This document shows positions 41,328 through 56,200 of a stretch of DNA of 64,000 nucleotides, one piece after another (the stretch's first letter is position 1; each line of letters opens with the position of its first letter). This DNA is from Trichoplax adhaerens (taxonomy: Eukaryota; Animalia; Placozoa): the NCBI RefSeq assembly GCF_000150275.1, contig NW_002060943.1, positions 1,788,832 through 1,852,831 of the forward strand. The letters run 5' to 3'. The notes beneath the pieces were generated by a model. The model had not been told where the DNA came from. It did not search any database and saw only the letters and a list, made by a program, of their open reading frames with translations. A program made the position numbers and the translations under genes.

Positions 41328-43254
41328 GTCTTGGATTTAGAGTTTTTTTCTCTTAAAGTCGCTCCTTTCAAAAATGGTATTTGAAAATTTATCTCGCCTT
41401 TAAGACAACGTGTAGAAGTCAGCAGATAGGACAGCACGGGGAATGGCGCAAGAGCTTTAAACTCTGAAAGTCCACACGACGCCGACTGAGATGGAATGAA
41501 TTAAGATATCATAAAAGTAAGTTTATCTCTTTATTCTAGTGCGTATTCACGGTCATATCCGTTATTGACTTTGTATAACATTTACCGGATGGCAGAAGGT
41601 TGCACTGACTTGATTCGATAATGACCATATGCTATGTTATGCGAATGCAGCTGTCATCCAATTTTCCATATTAATGCCTGGATATCATATGGCAGAAATA
41701 TTTGATTCTATTTAGTCCACGACTTGGAGCATGTTCAATCAATAGACCAGCCGATTAATTTGATATTAATTAAGGAACTATTTTAACTATCTCGATCAAT
41801 TATAATATTATTTTTTTTAATTGATATTTCCGAAGGATTCTATAATATCGAAATATTATAGATCATTATTATGTCGCACAGTGATATTGTTAGCGATATA
41901 TGAGTAGGCAGCCATTTATAAATATTCCTGTACTTTGACTCATGCGTAAGTATATTTTTCTGCAACAACATCGTATACTACTGCTGTAAATTGGCTATAT
42001 AACAGGTTCTTTTTAAATCGAAATTATTTCCCCTATTGGTATATATGCATTGCATTCTAGATACGCATATATGAGACATGTTCTATTTTTAGGTCAATTA
42101 GATCGGTTACTAATTTCTTCGATAAATTTATCTGGTTTCACTTAGTCTTTACCTCATGTAGTTTCATTGTATGTAAATGAAGGTCAGGGTTAGGGTTAGG
42201 ATTAGCGTTAGCAATAAGGTCTTATTGTATAGCAGTTATAGGAATTAAGGCATAAAAATGCTGTAAACATGTTTGTCAATATACCTCACTATGATAGTAG
42301 TGCATAATTTATGCATAGAAGTTATTGACCTAAAAGTAAAGGGCATGCCATGATAATATATAAACTCGTATGGATGTAGGTGGTATCTGTTTACTTCCTT
42401 ACCGTGCGTCTACTCATGTTCATCAGCGTGCTTTGTGGTCCGAGAGTTCCCACTAGATAGAGTGTATCTACTATTTGTATTGCATCCAGTCGTTAAATCT
42501 AACGTATAAAAACTGCCTTGTCAATCCTAAAAGTTTTCTCGCATCTTCCTACATCTATTAAGTTTCATCAATATATTTCTGCAGTAGCTAATTCTAATAA
42601 AAATTGCCTTGTGAACGTTGAAGTCTTTTTCCTTCTACTTATTTTGTATCTTCCTACACTTACTACGCTAATGACTATTTTATTAATGGATTCTTTGATT
42701 GGACTATTTAAACTATCAAGTCAAGCTGCCTTGTCAGCTCTAAATATCTTTCATCTATTTAATATCTTTGTATCTTTTTACACCAACTGCAGACTTGCAT
42801 ATTGGATAGGTAGAATTCTTTGATTTGGATAATAATAATAACCAATAAAACTATCCATTCACCCATGCATCTTTATTCTATTCAATTTTTTCGTATAGTA
42901 ACTACGGTACAACATTGAATTTTGAAAGATTCCACCGGTTATATTGTACAATCATAGTCACCTCGTCAGTTTTAAACTTCATTCTTGTAATCCATTTCCT
43001 GATATCTTATTACCCTAACTACCGTACTATTCCTTTAATAGATTCTGTTGGTTAAATTAGAGTTCTTAGCAAGTGTGAAGTAGATAAAGAACGTAATAAC
43101 TTCGAGTAAAAGATACGATTATTTATGGAATTATTTACCTACGATCATACCGCATTTCAGTGACTTGAGTACGTCATTATAAATTCAATATAGGAGAAAA
43201 TATTGTCCATTCTAAACTCTACGTCGATAGACTAGACGAATATATTAATAGATT

Positions 43255-43805
43255 AGATTCAATGGCATTCGTGTAAAACTTGATAAACTCCATTCTTATT
43301 AACGACAAATTTGATTACATAGCTAAGGTTGTTTAGTAATGAGTTATTTACTGCTATTGCCCTTGTTTGACTTATCGACCGTAATTGAACGCATTCTAAC
43401 GATTCGGTTTTTGAATTATCCATTTATTTTAAAGTAGTATCCTCTTTGATTGCACTACTAATCTAATATTATTAATAATTCTTTCTCGCTTCTTCATCTA
43501 ACTATACGGGTGTAGTGCAACGGGTTTAACATCGAAGTGAAATTCTTATTTACAGTTAGTATCGGAATTAACTTGAAGTGCTACAGTAGAATTCTATGCT
43601 TGTGTAGTTTAACATGATTGGTTGCTCGTATCCCGGCATGAGCATTCGCGTAAAACCTTAATAAACTCAATTCCCCTTGTTTACGACAAATTTGGTTCTA
43701 TTGGCAATGAACGAATGATTTATCCTTGCGACACTGATTAGCCCCAATTGTACGCGTTTTTAACGAATCTGTTGTTGAGTTATCCATTTATATTACAGTA
43801 AGATT
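43255..43805. repeat. Diverged direct duplication (about 170 bp; copies near 43260-43440 and 43640-43805)
   Basis: gcattcg.gtaaaac.t..ataaactc.attc...acgacaaatttg and taacga.tc.gtt.ttga.ttatccattta occur in both copies. Confidence 0.7.
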
Positions 43806-44846
43806 ATTCTTGATGATATTACGAGTCCAATATCATTTCTCCTTTATTAGTATTAATGCTAAATTCATTTGCAATTGGTATTTCTGCTCTATTAGTAATA
43901 ATTTAGGATAGATATGGACACCGCTTGGTTTCATTTGAATCAATTTATCTTCTGTTCTACAAATCAATCATTGATATCCATTGCAACCATAGTCCACTTG
44001 GTAAGGATGCTATTTTGAATCACTTTAGCAGTAAGAGTTTCGACTTCAGAGCTCGACCTCTTCACTGTGCACTGATAACTTTGAAGGGAACCCGTTGCTG
44101 TATGCTCGCCAAGACCATGATGGCACTTAAACGGCTGCGCTTCTTGAAATGAACAGATCGAACAACGTATACAATTGGACCTACTATGATTTTAAATTAT
44201 AAAGTTTATCTCCAAGAAATGAAATTGATCCATTTTGACAGTGCAATTGACTTATTGGACCCTGCTTTAGTGGCCACGCACAGCCACAACCATTGTACTT
44301 TATGATAAAGTCTCTTGACACTTACTGTACTGTATGCAGTATACGCGTATATATTTACTTTAGTCCCTGCTCATAAACATTTAATAATCAAGTACAGTAG
44401 CATAGTTTTGGGATCAGATCCTAACTTGGAAGAATGACCATCCTAATTTTCTTCGCAGTGGCCAAGGATACAGTACAGCCGACAATACAATTATTTTATT
44501 CATTAAAAATCGTTGACAAATTTCTACTATGCTGTTACACTGTATACAGTGCAGTGAAAATTGATTCATTGTGCTACAGTAGTACAGTACAGTTATACGC
44601 GTACATCTGATGGTAGGATCTAGTATAGTGGTCCATAGATGAGAATCTTGTTTTTCAGTACTAAAGCGTAATATCTACGTAATATCACACGTCAAATACT
44701 TTATTTGCCTTTATTTCGTTTTATTTTATAGTGATATATTCTATTCCGTTTTTCATTTTATTTTTTTTTTATTTACCGTTCAACCACCTCATAGCATACC
44801 ACTGGCACTCCAGTAGAACTGTCTTACAGTATATTGCACTGTAAAG

Positions 44847-44878
44847 TACAGTACAGTACTGTACCGTACTGTACTGTA
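44847..44878. repeat. Chained TA-CNG-TA array, also a 13-bp perfect inverted repeat
   Basis: TA CAG TA CAG TA CTG TA CCG TA CTG TA CTG TA. Confidence 0.65.
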
Positions 44879-45574
44879 GGGTACAACAGGAGATAGAAAC
44901 AGTACAGTCAAAGTCAAAAAAATTTTTACCCGTACAGTACTGCACATTGTATGTATATTATGGAGGTAAAACACTTTTTGCCTACCTCTATGGTATTTAG
45001 TACTGTACTGTATGAGTCAGACTTTTGTAAACAGCAGCCATTCAATCCCAACCGATCCGCTTTAGTTCCCTTGACCTCATTCGAGAGTTAAAACACCCTC
45101 TAAACCAGTATACTGAATGTACATTAAGCATTAAGCAATTAAGTATCTGATGAATCTTGACCAACTTCATGTTTAGACTGTTGAAGTAGCATTGACAACG
45201 TTGTTGACGCCATTAGACGATAGAAAAGAAAATTAAGAGGAGAAAATAGAGATCACATAGACAATATCAATTTAATCTACATCTAATTTTGCCATCCTTT
45301 GCTTCAATTCAAGACAGTAACGAAGGCGTTCAATGCGTACAGCTTCTTTCTGCCTTTCTCGTCGCGAGTATTTTCTTGCTCTTTTCGACAACAAGAAAAG
45401 AAGATCTCCATTGACCTTCAAACTGTTCTTATACTAGCCCATAGATTGGAAAGTGGGGAATAAGAGATCATTGCCATTATCTTCTTGAAGAAATTAACTG
45501 CTTCAGTGTAGAGTATACTCTTTTATTCAAAGCGATTTCTACTTTATTATTGGGTTGACATTAGTGGTGACAGA

Positions 45575-48500
45575 ATGATGATGATGGACGTTGCTTGCGC
45601 TACTTATGAAGTGGATTTTATCGAAGAAAGATCCATCCGTTATGGCCGAGAACCAGTTTGGTTATTGGGCTGCTGTTACAATCCACTAGAAGGTAAGCTA
45701 ATTTAATAATCAAATACCAGAAAGGAAAATACCTCTTAATTGACAGTAAGAAGTAGTTCAACCGATAATGTACTGTGGTAGATACGTTGATCAATGAACT
45801 ACAATGCATTTGAAAGCGGTTTTCTGCATTGATACCGATTGGACACAAATTTGATCAACTTTAAATACTTATTGATTCATCTACAATGACATATTTAGGT
45901 GGTTTTCATAGCCTAGTTACAATCTCATCCGTAAAATAATTTATAATTCACTCAGCTTAATCTGTTGGGTAAACTACGGTCTTTCCCCAATATATAACTT
46001 TGCAGTACTCGCATGTCCGATTGAATTTAACCTTTCTAGAGGCCAGCCATAGAAAAACGAAAGAAAAATGGCCATCATTCTGCTGATGTTTTAATATTAC
46101 AGTACAGTATATGCAAACAAGATACACACACATATAGGGTTATGGGTCATCGTACTAATTTTTTTATGAATATTTTAAGCTGTAAACAGAAATATCGCCG
46201 ACATCACTACAGTAGCCACCAACTCTTGCTGTATTCACAAGACTTGCAAACCTATCTGAATTTGAATCATTTTCCTACCTCTTAGTCTTATCAACAAAAA
46301 AACTGACCACAGTGTATTTTCTTGTAGTTTGCGTAAAAATTTTTTCCCATGACTGTGTCCTCATACAGTACGCAGTCTAGACAATTTACGTACAGCATTA
46401 ATGGCGGTTAGTAGCAGGAGTGGTACTAACACTGTAGTTTGCCGTTTCTTCGTACCAAAGTAGCTCTGATTCCTCTATAACTAGTTTATACTACATCACA
46501 TGAGTACCCGTAAAATTACCTAGACTTTCGAATGTTGTGATAGTCACGATGGACAGATGCTAATTGTTATTGCTTTCCATCTCAGTATCAGCGATTTTAT
46601 TTAAAACTTGCTCATAGATTGTCCTTTTTCCTCTATTAGTCTATAAATACAATATTTGAAATACGCGTATACGCGTACCTGCATAAACATCTCATCGTCA
46701 CGATGATCATCGCTGCAGCCAATAGATGGCCTCATTAGATAATTCTCAGGGATATACTCGTAAATGATATACGGTAATAATATTTTTCTTAAAAAACGAA
46801 CTTCTTGATTTGGGCGAGTGCCATCCTTTTATTTTAATGCAGGTTTCATAATTTCTATCCTTGGACGGTTAAAGTTAAAAATCTTTTAGTAAAATTTCTA
46901 CGGCAAGAACATAACTGAGCGCTTCCTTCCTTACAATTTATTTAGAAGCCAGGTTTAATTAATCATACCTACGAGATATCAGCCTTTTTCGATTGCGAAC
47001 TTTTATGACCTTCATATTCGTTGCCTCTCAATCACCTTATCAAGCATTCACTTGCAATTAATTGTAGGAGAATTTTTTAAAAATGAATTAAAAACAACTT
47101 TAATTGATACAGCCATTGTCGAATAACTCTAACTCAGAGCGTATCTTAAACTCATGTAGCAATTAAAGATTATTATTCAATCTTAAACCAGTTATTATAA
47201 AACTATAAATCAACTATAATCAGAGCTCCCTTCCCTGTCATTCTATCTGTATTAGCATCGACAGAGATTAATACGGTAACATTTTGAATAGGCGCTATTA
47301 GCTGGCCGGAGAAAGCCTAAAGTTTGGTTAAATAGACAGGACGGGAATTAAAACTTAAAATTTCGTCGGTGTGTACTACTCTTATAAGTTTTATAATATA
47401 AAAGTAGGTCATCCATTTAATTATGAATGTGTCAGTCAGCGTTATAATAAGATAGGTTAATTTCTCAGTATTTCAATCCTTTGGAAGGAAGGAATTCAAA
47501 TGAAATTTATCGTTCATACGCCATAGGGTATGAGTGTAAAAAATGATCACAGATATGCTATTCTGGACGTTATTTACAACGATGTACGGATATTAATGTT
47601 CTGTGCCCTTAATATCTAACGCCTTTACTAATGGTGGTGTTCATTATGCAAATTTCCTAATCTTACTTGTCATCATTCGATTAATTTGATCATTTTATAT
47701 CTTTGCATTTTACAGAATTTGATAAATTGATCGCTGATATCAATTCGAAATTTTGGTTCACCTATAGGAAAAATTATCCGCCAATTGGTAGGCCTTGTAG
47801 CACTTAACATTTCACTAGCAATATTCAAGTCTTGCTGTCGTTGATAGGAATCATAGGATAGCTATTCATGTATAATCTTTCTGTCCATGATGAACAATAC
47901 ATTATAGAGCAACCCATCATTGTGACTCCCTGAACGTAATTTAATATAAAAGGAACAAAAAATAGCCTACATTTCTTTAAATTTATTCGACAATTGTTTG
48001 GTAATTTTATGTCAGTAATTTCCATGCTATGATCCAATAATTTTATCTTACCTTTCTGTTTATAATATTGCACTGATAGTGATCAATCATGCTTCGGTAA
48101 TCGTTAACCTCTATATACAATGCATGAGTTATTGTCATGGATTACCAAGTTCTATGGTACTGTAGAATTTAGTAGTCTAGTCATTGTATTTTTGTAGTAA
48201 CTAATAACTGAACGATATTTAGCAATGATAATATATAAAATACAATACATCCATTGCAAAATTGTGTCTACTAGTGATGATCGTGAGTATAATTGACGAC
48301 TAAACTACATATTATATTAAGAAAGAATAAGTGTATATAAAAATTCCATTTCATTAAATATTTTTTCGGCACTAAACGTAATCATGCACTGGTGCAATTT
48401 TTCGTCAGTTAGTTCAAGTGACGCTAACTTTGAATGATTTTCTAATTGCTAATGCATCTCATAGGTGGAATCGGCCCAACATCCGATAAAGGCTGGGGTT

Positions 48501-50821
48501 GCATGCTGCGTTGTGGTCAAATGATATTAGGCCAGGCATTAGTTATGAGACATTTAGGCAGAGGTAAATGAAGATGGCTCATTCGTTTGTCTTCGCATTT
48601 TTAGATAAAATCTCTTATACGTAGAAATTACTTATTTCTTTTTTCACTATTGATACTGTAATCTTGCAATTTCTATTAACACGCTACAAATTATCATTTC
48701 AATTCTAATAGATTGGCGTTGGTTTAAAAATAAAGAGCAACTTGCGAATTATTGGAAGGTAACATACTCCTAAATCAACTATATTGGTATAAGATTACAA
48801 TTTTTAAATATTTTTGTTTGAAATATTTGAACAACTAACCTTGCCGGATTTGTCTGACTTCAACGTATTTAGATTTTAAAGTTATTCTTAGACTCCAAAG
48901 ACAGTCTCTATTCAATCCATCAAATCGGTATTTGACCGCATAGTAATTACTAAATGCTTAAAAGATGTATTAACACTCTCGCATTTGATCTATCTCTTGT
49001 ACAGTAGTAATGATACCAACAGATTTACATAATGTATTTATCCTTATGGATAATTGTGGCGTTATCAATTTCTTTCTGCTTAGCCTCTACATAATACAAA
49101 GTATCGTAGTTTTTACAAGCTTTTCTATGGCTATAAAATTTTCTTAGTCACAATAATGTATTGGATATTTTTAACCTAAATATTTGGAAGTGTGTTGAAA
49201 CGTTTTTCTGATAATCTATCGTTGAATTATTAACTAGTATTTTTTTCTTGCAGCACAAATGGGAGTATCGGAAGGGAAAAAAATCAGTCAATGGTTCGGG
49301 CCGAATACAGCCGCACAAGTACTCAAGTATGCTTATTTAAAGAAGTTCTCAACCATCTGTCTTTAAGTCAATTATGATATGCTATGTTTATCGTAATTTT
49401 ATGTATGTCTTGTCTTAGGAAACTCATCATGTTTGATGAATGGAGTCAAATGGGTGTTTATGTCGCTATGGACAACATTGTTGTTATTGACGATATAAGT
49501 AGGTTTTACAATTAGAATGCAATATAGGTTTAACTTGAATTTTTTACTTTCACTATTTTGAAACGAAATTGTGTATAATTTTACTCACCTAATTGTGTTT
49601 TTATAGAAAAAATTTGCCACAATCATATCACCAGAACGTCGCAAGGAAACGCTGCTAATAGTGATGCTCAAGGGTCATCTAATGAGCAATCAAATGCTTG
49701 GAAGCCTTTACTACTTTTTATTCCACTACGTTTAGGTTTAACGGACCTTAACCCTATTTACAAAGATAAATTAAATGTAAAACCGTTTAACTTAAATCGT
49801 TATACGTGGCAGCTATGCTTTACCAATTTCTATTAGCAGGCTTAAAATATTCTTTACGTAATTTACTAGAAATGCTTTAGGATAAAAAATACATTAGGAA
49901 TAATAGGAGGAAAGCCTAACAGTGCACACTATTTTATTGGTATACAAGGTAACTAAAATCCTTTAAAAATAAATTAAGAAATCTAAGGATTCAAAATAAG
50001 ATATTCAATGCAAATTCTAGGGGATTATTTGCTGTACTTGGATCCGCATACTGTGCAAGAAACTGTTAAAGTAAAGCCCAACTGTCCTTTTTCGGATAAG
50101 GTATTAATCAAGATTTGTAACATAATACAGATTGTATAAATGACGTAGTCGTATACGATAATCTTACCTTTCTGATCACAAATGCTAACGTTATCATCTA
50201 ATTTCTTTATATTATATATTGTATATAATTGTAATATATGTATATTTATTAAATTTTTGAAATGTAGACATATCATCAGAAAGGCACTAACCGACTGCAT
50301 TTTTCGTACATGGATCCATCCGTTGCTCTCGTTAGTGCTGATTCATATTAGTAACTGATAACTATTGCACATCTGTATTATTTTCTTCGTTATTAACTCG
50401 GACAGATTTTTTATAGGGATTTTACAGTGCTACCGAGGAGGAATTTAACGAACTTTGTCGCGATTTTACTGATGTATGTATTGTCAAGAAATATCTTTCA
50501 ATTTTACATTTACATCAATACGAATAAATATTGGTGTTATCCCTTTTTGCACTGCTGTGTGTAGTTAAATAGTGCACAGCCTCCGTTGTTTGAGGTAGTG
50601 GAACAACGACCTCCACATTGGCCAGAACTGGTACTGCCAAATAGTCCATACGATGACACATCCGATGTTGGTATGTAATTGCTTTATTCAAAACATTAAT
50701 ATGACCGAAGTGCGTAATATGGCTAATGAAGTTATTTTTATTAGCTGCAGGATTTACAGAAATCAGAAGAGAAGAAAGGCATTTCGATAGTGATAACGAT
50801 TTCGAAATAATTGACATGTAG
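45575..50821 (+). CDS. ATG4B: Cysteine protease ATG4 (ATG4A/B-like)
   Basis: MDVACATYE...EPVWLLG (exon 45575-45692), [13 protein letters not shown]|[19 protein letters not shown] (catalytic Cys), [31 protein letters not shown] (Asp/His), MDPSVALGF, and a C-terminal LIR-like [11 protein letters not shown]. Confidence 0.95.
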
Positions 50822-53206
50822 TACCTTTTACAATTTATGAAGTATATACTACAACACTCTATCTGATCTCTTTTTATTTCTTATAAATAGCAACTAGTGA
50901 CAATTAAAAAATTATATCTCTATATTCTTTAGATTAATACATCAACTGTAAAATAGCTATACCAAAGTAGCAAAATTAAATTGCTTTGTTGTACATTATA
51001 TCTGTTGTATTTGACTAATATTTAACGATTATATTTTAGCCTCATATTGAACTATCGCTGCCTTTTAAACAGTATTCTTGTTTAATTATTACTGTATACG
51101 TTACCGCAGTGCCTTATTGCGTAAGGATAGATACTATGTAACTTTGTATCAAAGTCTATAGGTACCAATACTTAATTTTTATTTCCTTCCAGTGATAAAT
51201 ATGTACAATGTTGCATTGTAAGACTATCATATTTGTACAGTTCTATGCTCTAGTCAAACTTTAAAATGTGAAGTTAAAAAATAGTAAAGAGTTAGAAATA
51301 TATTTACTCGCACATAAGATAGAGAATAAAGAGCGATATAGATTTAAGACTGTTGATCATTCAAGTATTTGTAGCCATATTATTTTTTTTATTTTATGGT
51401 GTTAAACTATGAAACCATTGATTTTGGTTGTGAACTATTTGTAATTTAATGAAATGGCTTTATCGTATTTTATATCATTCCGAACTTTAGTTTAATTCAT
51501 TGCAATCAGCCATGTTCTATCCTCATAGTATCTTAACATAAAGTATTTGATCTTTTCATTATTGATAATAAAGTTTATAGATTGTCTATCAACTCACGTG
51601 AGTCTTACCATGTTTATAAAAACTGCCAACTAGAAATATTAAGGTAGATAGTAACTAAATGTCAATTTAACACGAAATTATTTGTACTACTGAAGAAAAT
51701 GGTATGAGTCATGAATCATTTCAGGTGCTGTTAGGGTACATATTCTATTATGTCCAAGGAAATTATTTTTTAAATATCTAAGCCTATAGAAATCTCTCAA
51801 AATACGTCGTTACAATAAATTTGCAGTTACTTAAATAAAGCAAATGGAAATTTTGGGTATGATGGCGTTTCATTGATGTTAAATAGCAGATAATAGAAAA
51901 TGCGTTGATAGAGACTAATAACCCAAACAATAACCAACAATATTGCTGCAAGTTTGCAATAAACTATCTAAAAGAGCCATATAATGTTAAGTACGGCAAT
52001 AGCCTTTAGGTTAATTCGATTTTTATTTAGAAATGGTAGATACATCTTTGTATTAGTCCTTCTTGGATTCCATTTCTTTATCCGAACTATGCAATTTTGC
52101 ACCATAAATTATCTATAGAGCAGGTATGGGGCGATCAATACTATTTCACCACATCTACTATCTACAATTGTAATTAAATTATCTACGAGCATATATGCTG
52201 TACTGTATATATATATATATATATTCTAGCAATCATGAAATAGACATATTCAGTCTTTCCATTTATGGAATCAAAATGATGCAAAAATAATGACTTACTA
52301 GTTGAAATTTATAATCTATAGTAGCTCAAACAGTTAAGTAAATTATTTAACAAAAAATTACAAATCTTACCGTGATCTTGATCATGTTTACTTTATAAGA
52401 AAAATCAAGAAAGATATGGCCATAACAAAAAGCCATTAAGCGTATTAATTTACGTGAAATTAATACTGTTTTAATAATATTATGCGAATAAACAATTCTT
52501 TTAATCACTTATAATAATTATCTAACATAGATTTATCATAAAAGTCTTGTACACAACCTAAAATGCTATCTAAAATGATACCATATCAGGCCTGATCTTA
52601 GATATTGGCATTATACTAACCATAATTAGATTTACTGTATTGTGGTAGAAATTATTCTGTTTGAAATAATCACGATGGTCATTTAGAATATAGTAAATAA
52701 GTATTAACTTTAATTTAATGGCTATTAAACTAGCACTTTCTTTTGATTACATCCAGAAAGACTATAAAGTACAACACATCGAATTATTATAGTCTATTTC
52801 TGTTGCCCAGTCTATAACCAAGGAATATTTTAAAGAGCGTCAAAATCTATAGCCTAATATTTCTGAGAACATACGATACAAGTGTGGCTATTTTGGCTGC
52901 TAAAAGTAAAAGTATCCTCCAATAACTTTTAATTATACTGGATAGATAATCTTTTATGAAATTTTAAGGTGATCTGTTGCGATACATCATCTACCATAAA
53001 TAATATGAAGGCTGTAAAAATTATTTTAGCTTAGTTCAGAACTATAAGCGATGAGCCAAAGTCATCAACCTTTTTATCATTGCAGTTAGGCCAATAAAAT
53101 CTATCACCACACCAGCTAATAAATTGATGTATCTATGTAATTTTAATTGTAGTTTAATTAAATAAATGCCTAGTAGAACAAAGTCAGGAAATTGTTTCTT
53201 CCTTTT

Positions 53207-56200
53207 TTATAAACAAAATACTTGCAGTCCACCTTTTTCAACGGTACCCTGAATTGGGCCATAATCCACTACTTCACCATCTACGGTTAAATATCCACCT
53301 TCAGTTTCTGGTACAAGACGAAATGCTTTGCATGGTATTAACTGAACATCAGGCGATTCAATGTATTGTCCATTCTTGGTTGATAAGAGTATTTTAGTTA
53401 ATCCTTTACGATTAACTTTATCACTGACTGCCACAATATATGCCTTGCCATCATCTAGTCTTGATGGCGGTGCAAATAGGAAATCCGTCGATAAATAAGG
53501 CAAATTACCGATGACAACTGTAATGAAATCCTGATCAATTACTTTCCATTGATTCGGTAGAGGTTTATCAAGTGATGGTATAGGATTTGAATCATCGCCA
53601 ACTCTGCAAAATAATAAGGTATAATTTATTTCCTTATTTATTTATAAATCAAGCTTAATCTCCGTACTTTCTTAATCCATTGTACCTTCATAGATATTAT
53701 TGGCTCTTAAAAGTTATATCAAGTAAAATAATATGATCGTTGCATCAACTTACGTCAGAATAGCAGATTGTTGATGGTTGGCATCCAATTGTGTAACATT
53801 CATATCATCATCGTTGTGAAACTAAAAATGCGAGGTGAGAATGTAGGGTGTTTACGCTTTTGCATCGATTGACATTGCTTCATGTTATGAATTAATTATT
53901 ATTGTAAATGGCTGCGGATAATATTCAATAAATTACAGTATAATATATGGACTAACAAAGCCAAGATAACATGAGCCTAAACGATGCAGTATTTGTTTAT
54001 TAAACATGCAATATGTTTATTATAGATGCTATCCAATTTAGCTTGCAAAGTGAATGGACTTTATTTGTTTATTTTTATTATGTTATACGTTGCATGAATT
54101 ACGGAGAGTTTATCTAGCTAATAAATAATTAGGAGTTTCAACACTGACTTTTCATTCCATAGGAATTAGTATTAGAACTGTTCATTTAGCCATATTACGT
54201 TCAAAAACTTGAATACTACTGCAACCTAAATCTTACAGATATAAAAAATCAATCTGACTTCCAATCAACTTACGTTAAATGTTTCATCCATAACAGCAGA
54301 ACGTTCACTGACATTGCCATTATTCGTCCATTGAGATTCTCGAGTTTCTTCAGGCTCCTTGTCACAAGGTAAGTAAGATATTTTGCCTCGATAGACCTTT
54401 CGTTTAGCAATCATGGAAACTGCTTCTACAGTAAAGCGATTAGAACCAAGAAAATGAAACTTTTCTGACTTGATGTCAATATCAGCAATCATTCCCCATC
54501 CTATAGATAGAAAGGCTAGAAAATTGTTTTTTTTCGACTGTAAATGCATCAAATCCAACGGACGAGTTGAATATTTTGCAATGATAAAGGTGGCACTGAC
54601 GATATCATTTGGCTCTCTAGAATAAAATAATGAAGAAACTACTTAATCAACATATATGTACACAGGCCAAGTTATGAAAATTAATTCGACTTAAAAATGC
54701 GATAGGATTCATCCTTGATAATGAAGCAAGGAATGAGATACAGGTGGAAATTCTTTGACTACAAGTTAATATTTCTTAATTAATGACGATAGTCCTATTC
54801 TACTAGTATAAAATTAATAAGATAAATATTGATACGTTTATTTCAATCCATAATAAATGCAAATGGACTCTAAATATATTCTAATAATTTTGATAGCCCT
54901 TCGAAGTAAAGAATAAAACCAACTAAAGCAGTACTTGGGCTATGCCATTTTTAGACACAGAACGAAACTATGTGCATGCTTCAACCTAGCTAGTATAGAA
55001 CTAATTTAGAGAATCAAGATTGCTTGATCTGTTTAGGATTATTAATAAATGAGAAACTTCATAAATCTTTACATAGCATCCCTTAGCTCCAACTATCTCT
55101 TAGACACAATCTAATGATCAATCATTACCCTGAAAATTTCATAATGGACGCATAGAGTGCATTCCCTGATCCTGCAGGTAAAATACCAATAGGCATATGT
55201 CTTACGGTATCCCAATCCTGCCGCTCATTTAGTCCATTTATAACCTAATCAGAGAGATTGAACCAGTCATGAGTCTTATTTACAATGTTCACGCGATAAG
55301 CCATCATGTTCATCTTACATTTATATTTATTGGCAAGCCTATGCAATAAATTAATATCGCTATTACTAGTTACAAACTTACTTCATAAATCAATCCGTCT
55401 CCGGATACAACTAATATACCATCCCATTTGGAAAGATTAGCATTAATGATATAGTCTTTTGCATGCCCGACTCGTTCTATAAATGAAAGAAAATTAAGTT
55501 TAATCTGTCCGCAGTCAATCAATTACTACATGAAAGCTTCACTTAGTTATTAATATAAGTAGATTTTGAAAATGACCTTTAAACTAAAGCTACTCAACAT
55601 TAAAGCAATTACATCGTTGTACCTGTAGTTACAACTTCGCATAATATATCCGCTTCATTTAAAATATCTTTTGATTTGCCGTTGAAAATTTTACTAGCTT
55701 TACCAGATCCACTACAAGGGTTAATAAAAACCAACAATTTTCGTGGTGCTGGGCAAGATTTTGATCCTAGATCTGGATATTGTTAAGAAATAAAAAAATT
55801 TATGAGTCCATTTCATTTTTATTTTATCGGTATTGATGTTTTAAGATTTATATACGTATATCATATCGATCGTCATATTTACTGTATTCTAATATTACAA
55901 TCTATTAAGTGGATAAATCGATCGTATGATAATAAAGATTATTTTATTTTAACTATGTAAATATTATAGTCTCGATGATCATTTTAATTACTGAAAGATA
56001 ATTTGTGAGATAGTTTCACGATCAGGATCAAAGTGGCAATTCGATTCTCAGGTTTTCATAAAATGTTTTATTTTAATAAAGATCGGGACAGCGATGCTAA
56101 AATGATACAAGCTCAAAGATTATTTTAAGGATTAAATGTTAGCAACGTGGGTTAGGGTTAATAAAGTCGTCAATTATGGTTAGATAAAGGTTAGAAGAAT

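Noticed and set aside
44789-44974. ORF with YSTVRYSTVLY repeats
   Set aside because: It is the translation of the TA-CNG-TA chain, not a credible protein.
51592-51603. Palindrome ACTCACGTGAGT (CLEAR/E-box-like)
   Set aside because: It lies between the 3' ends of ATG4 and SPHK, not near a promoter, and a single occurrence is compatible with chance.
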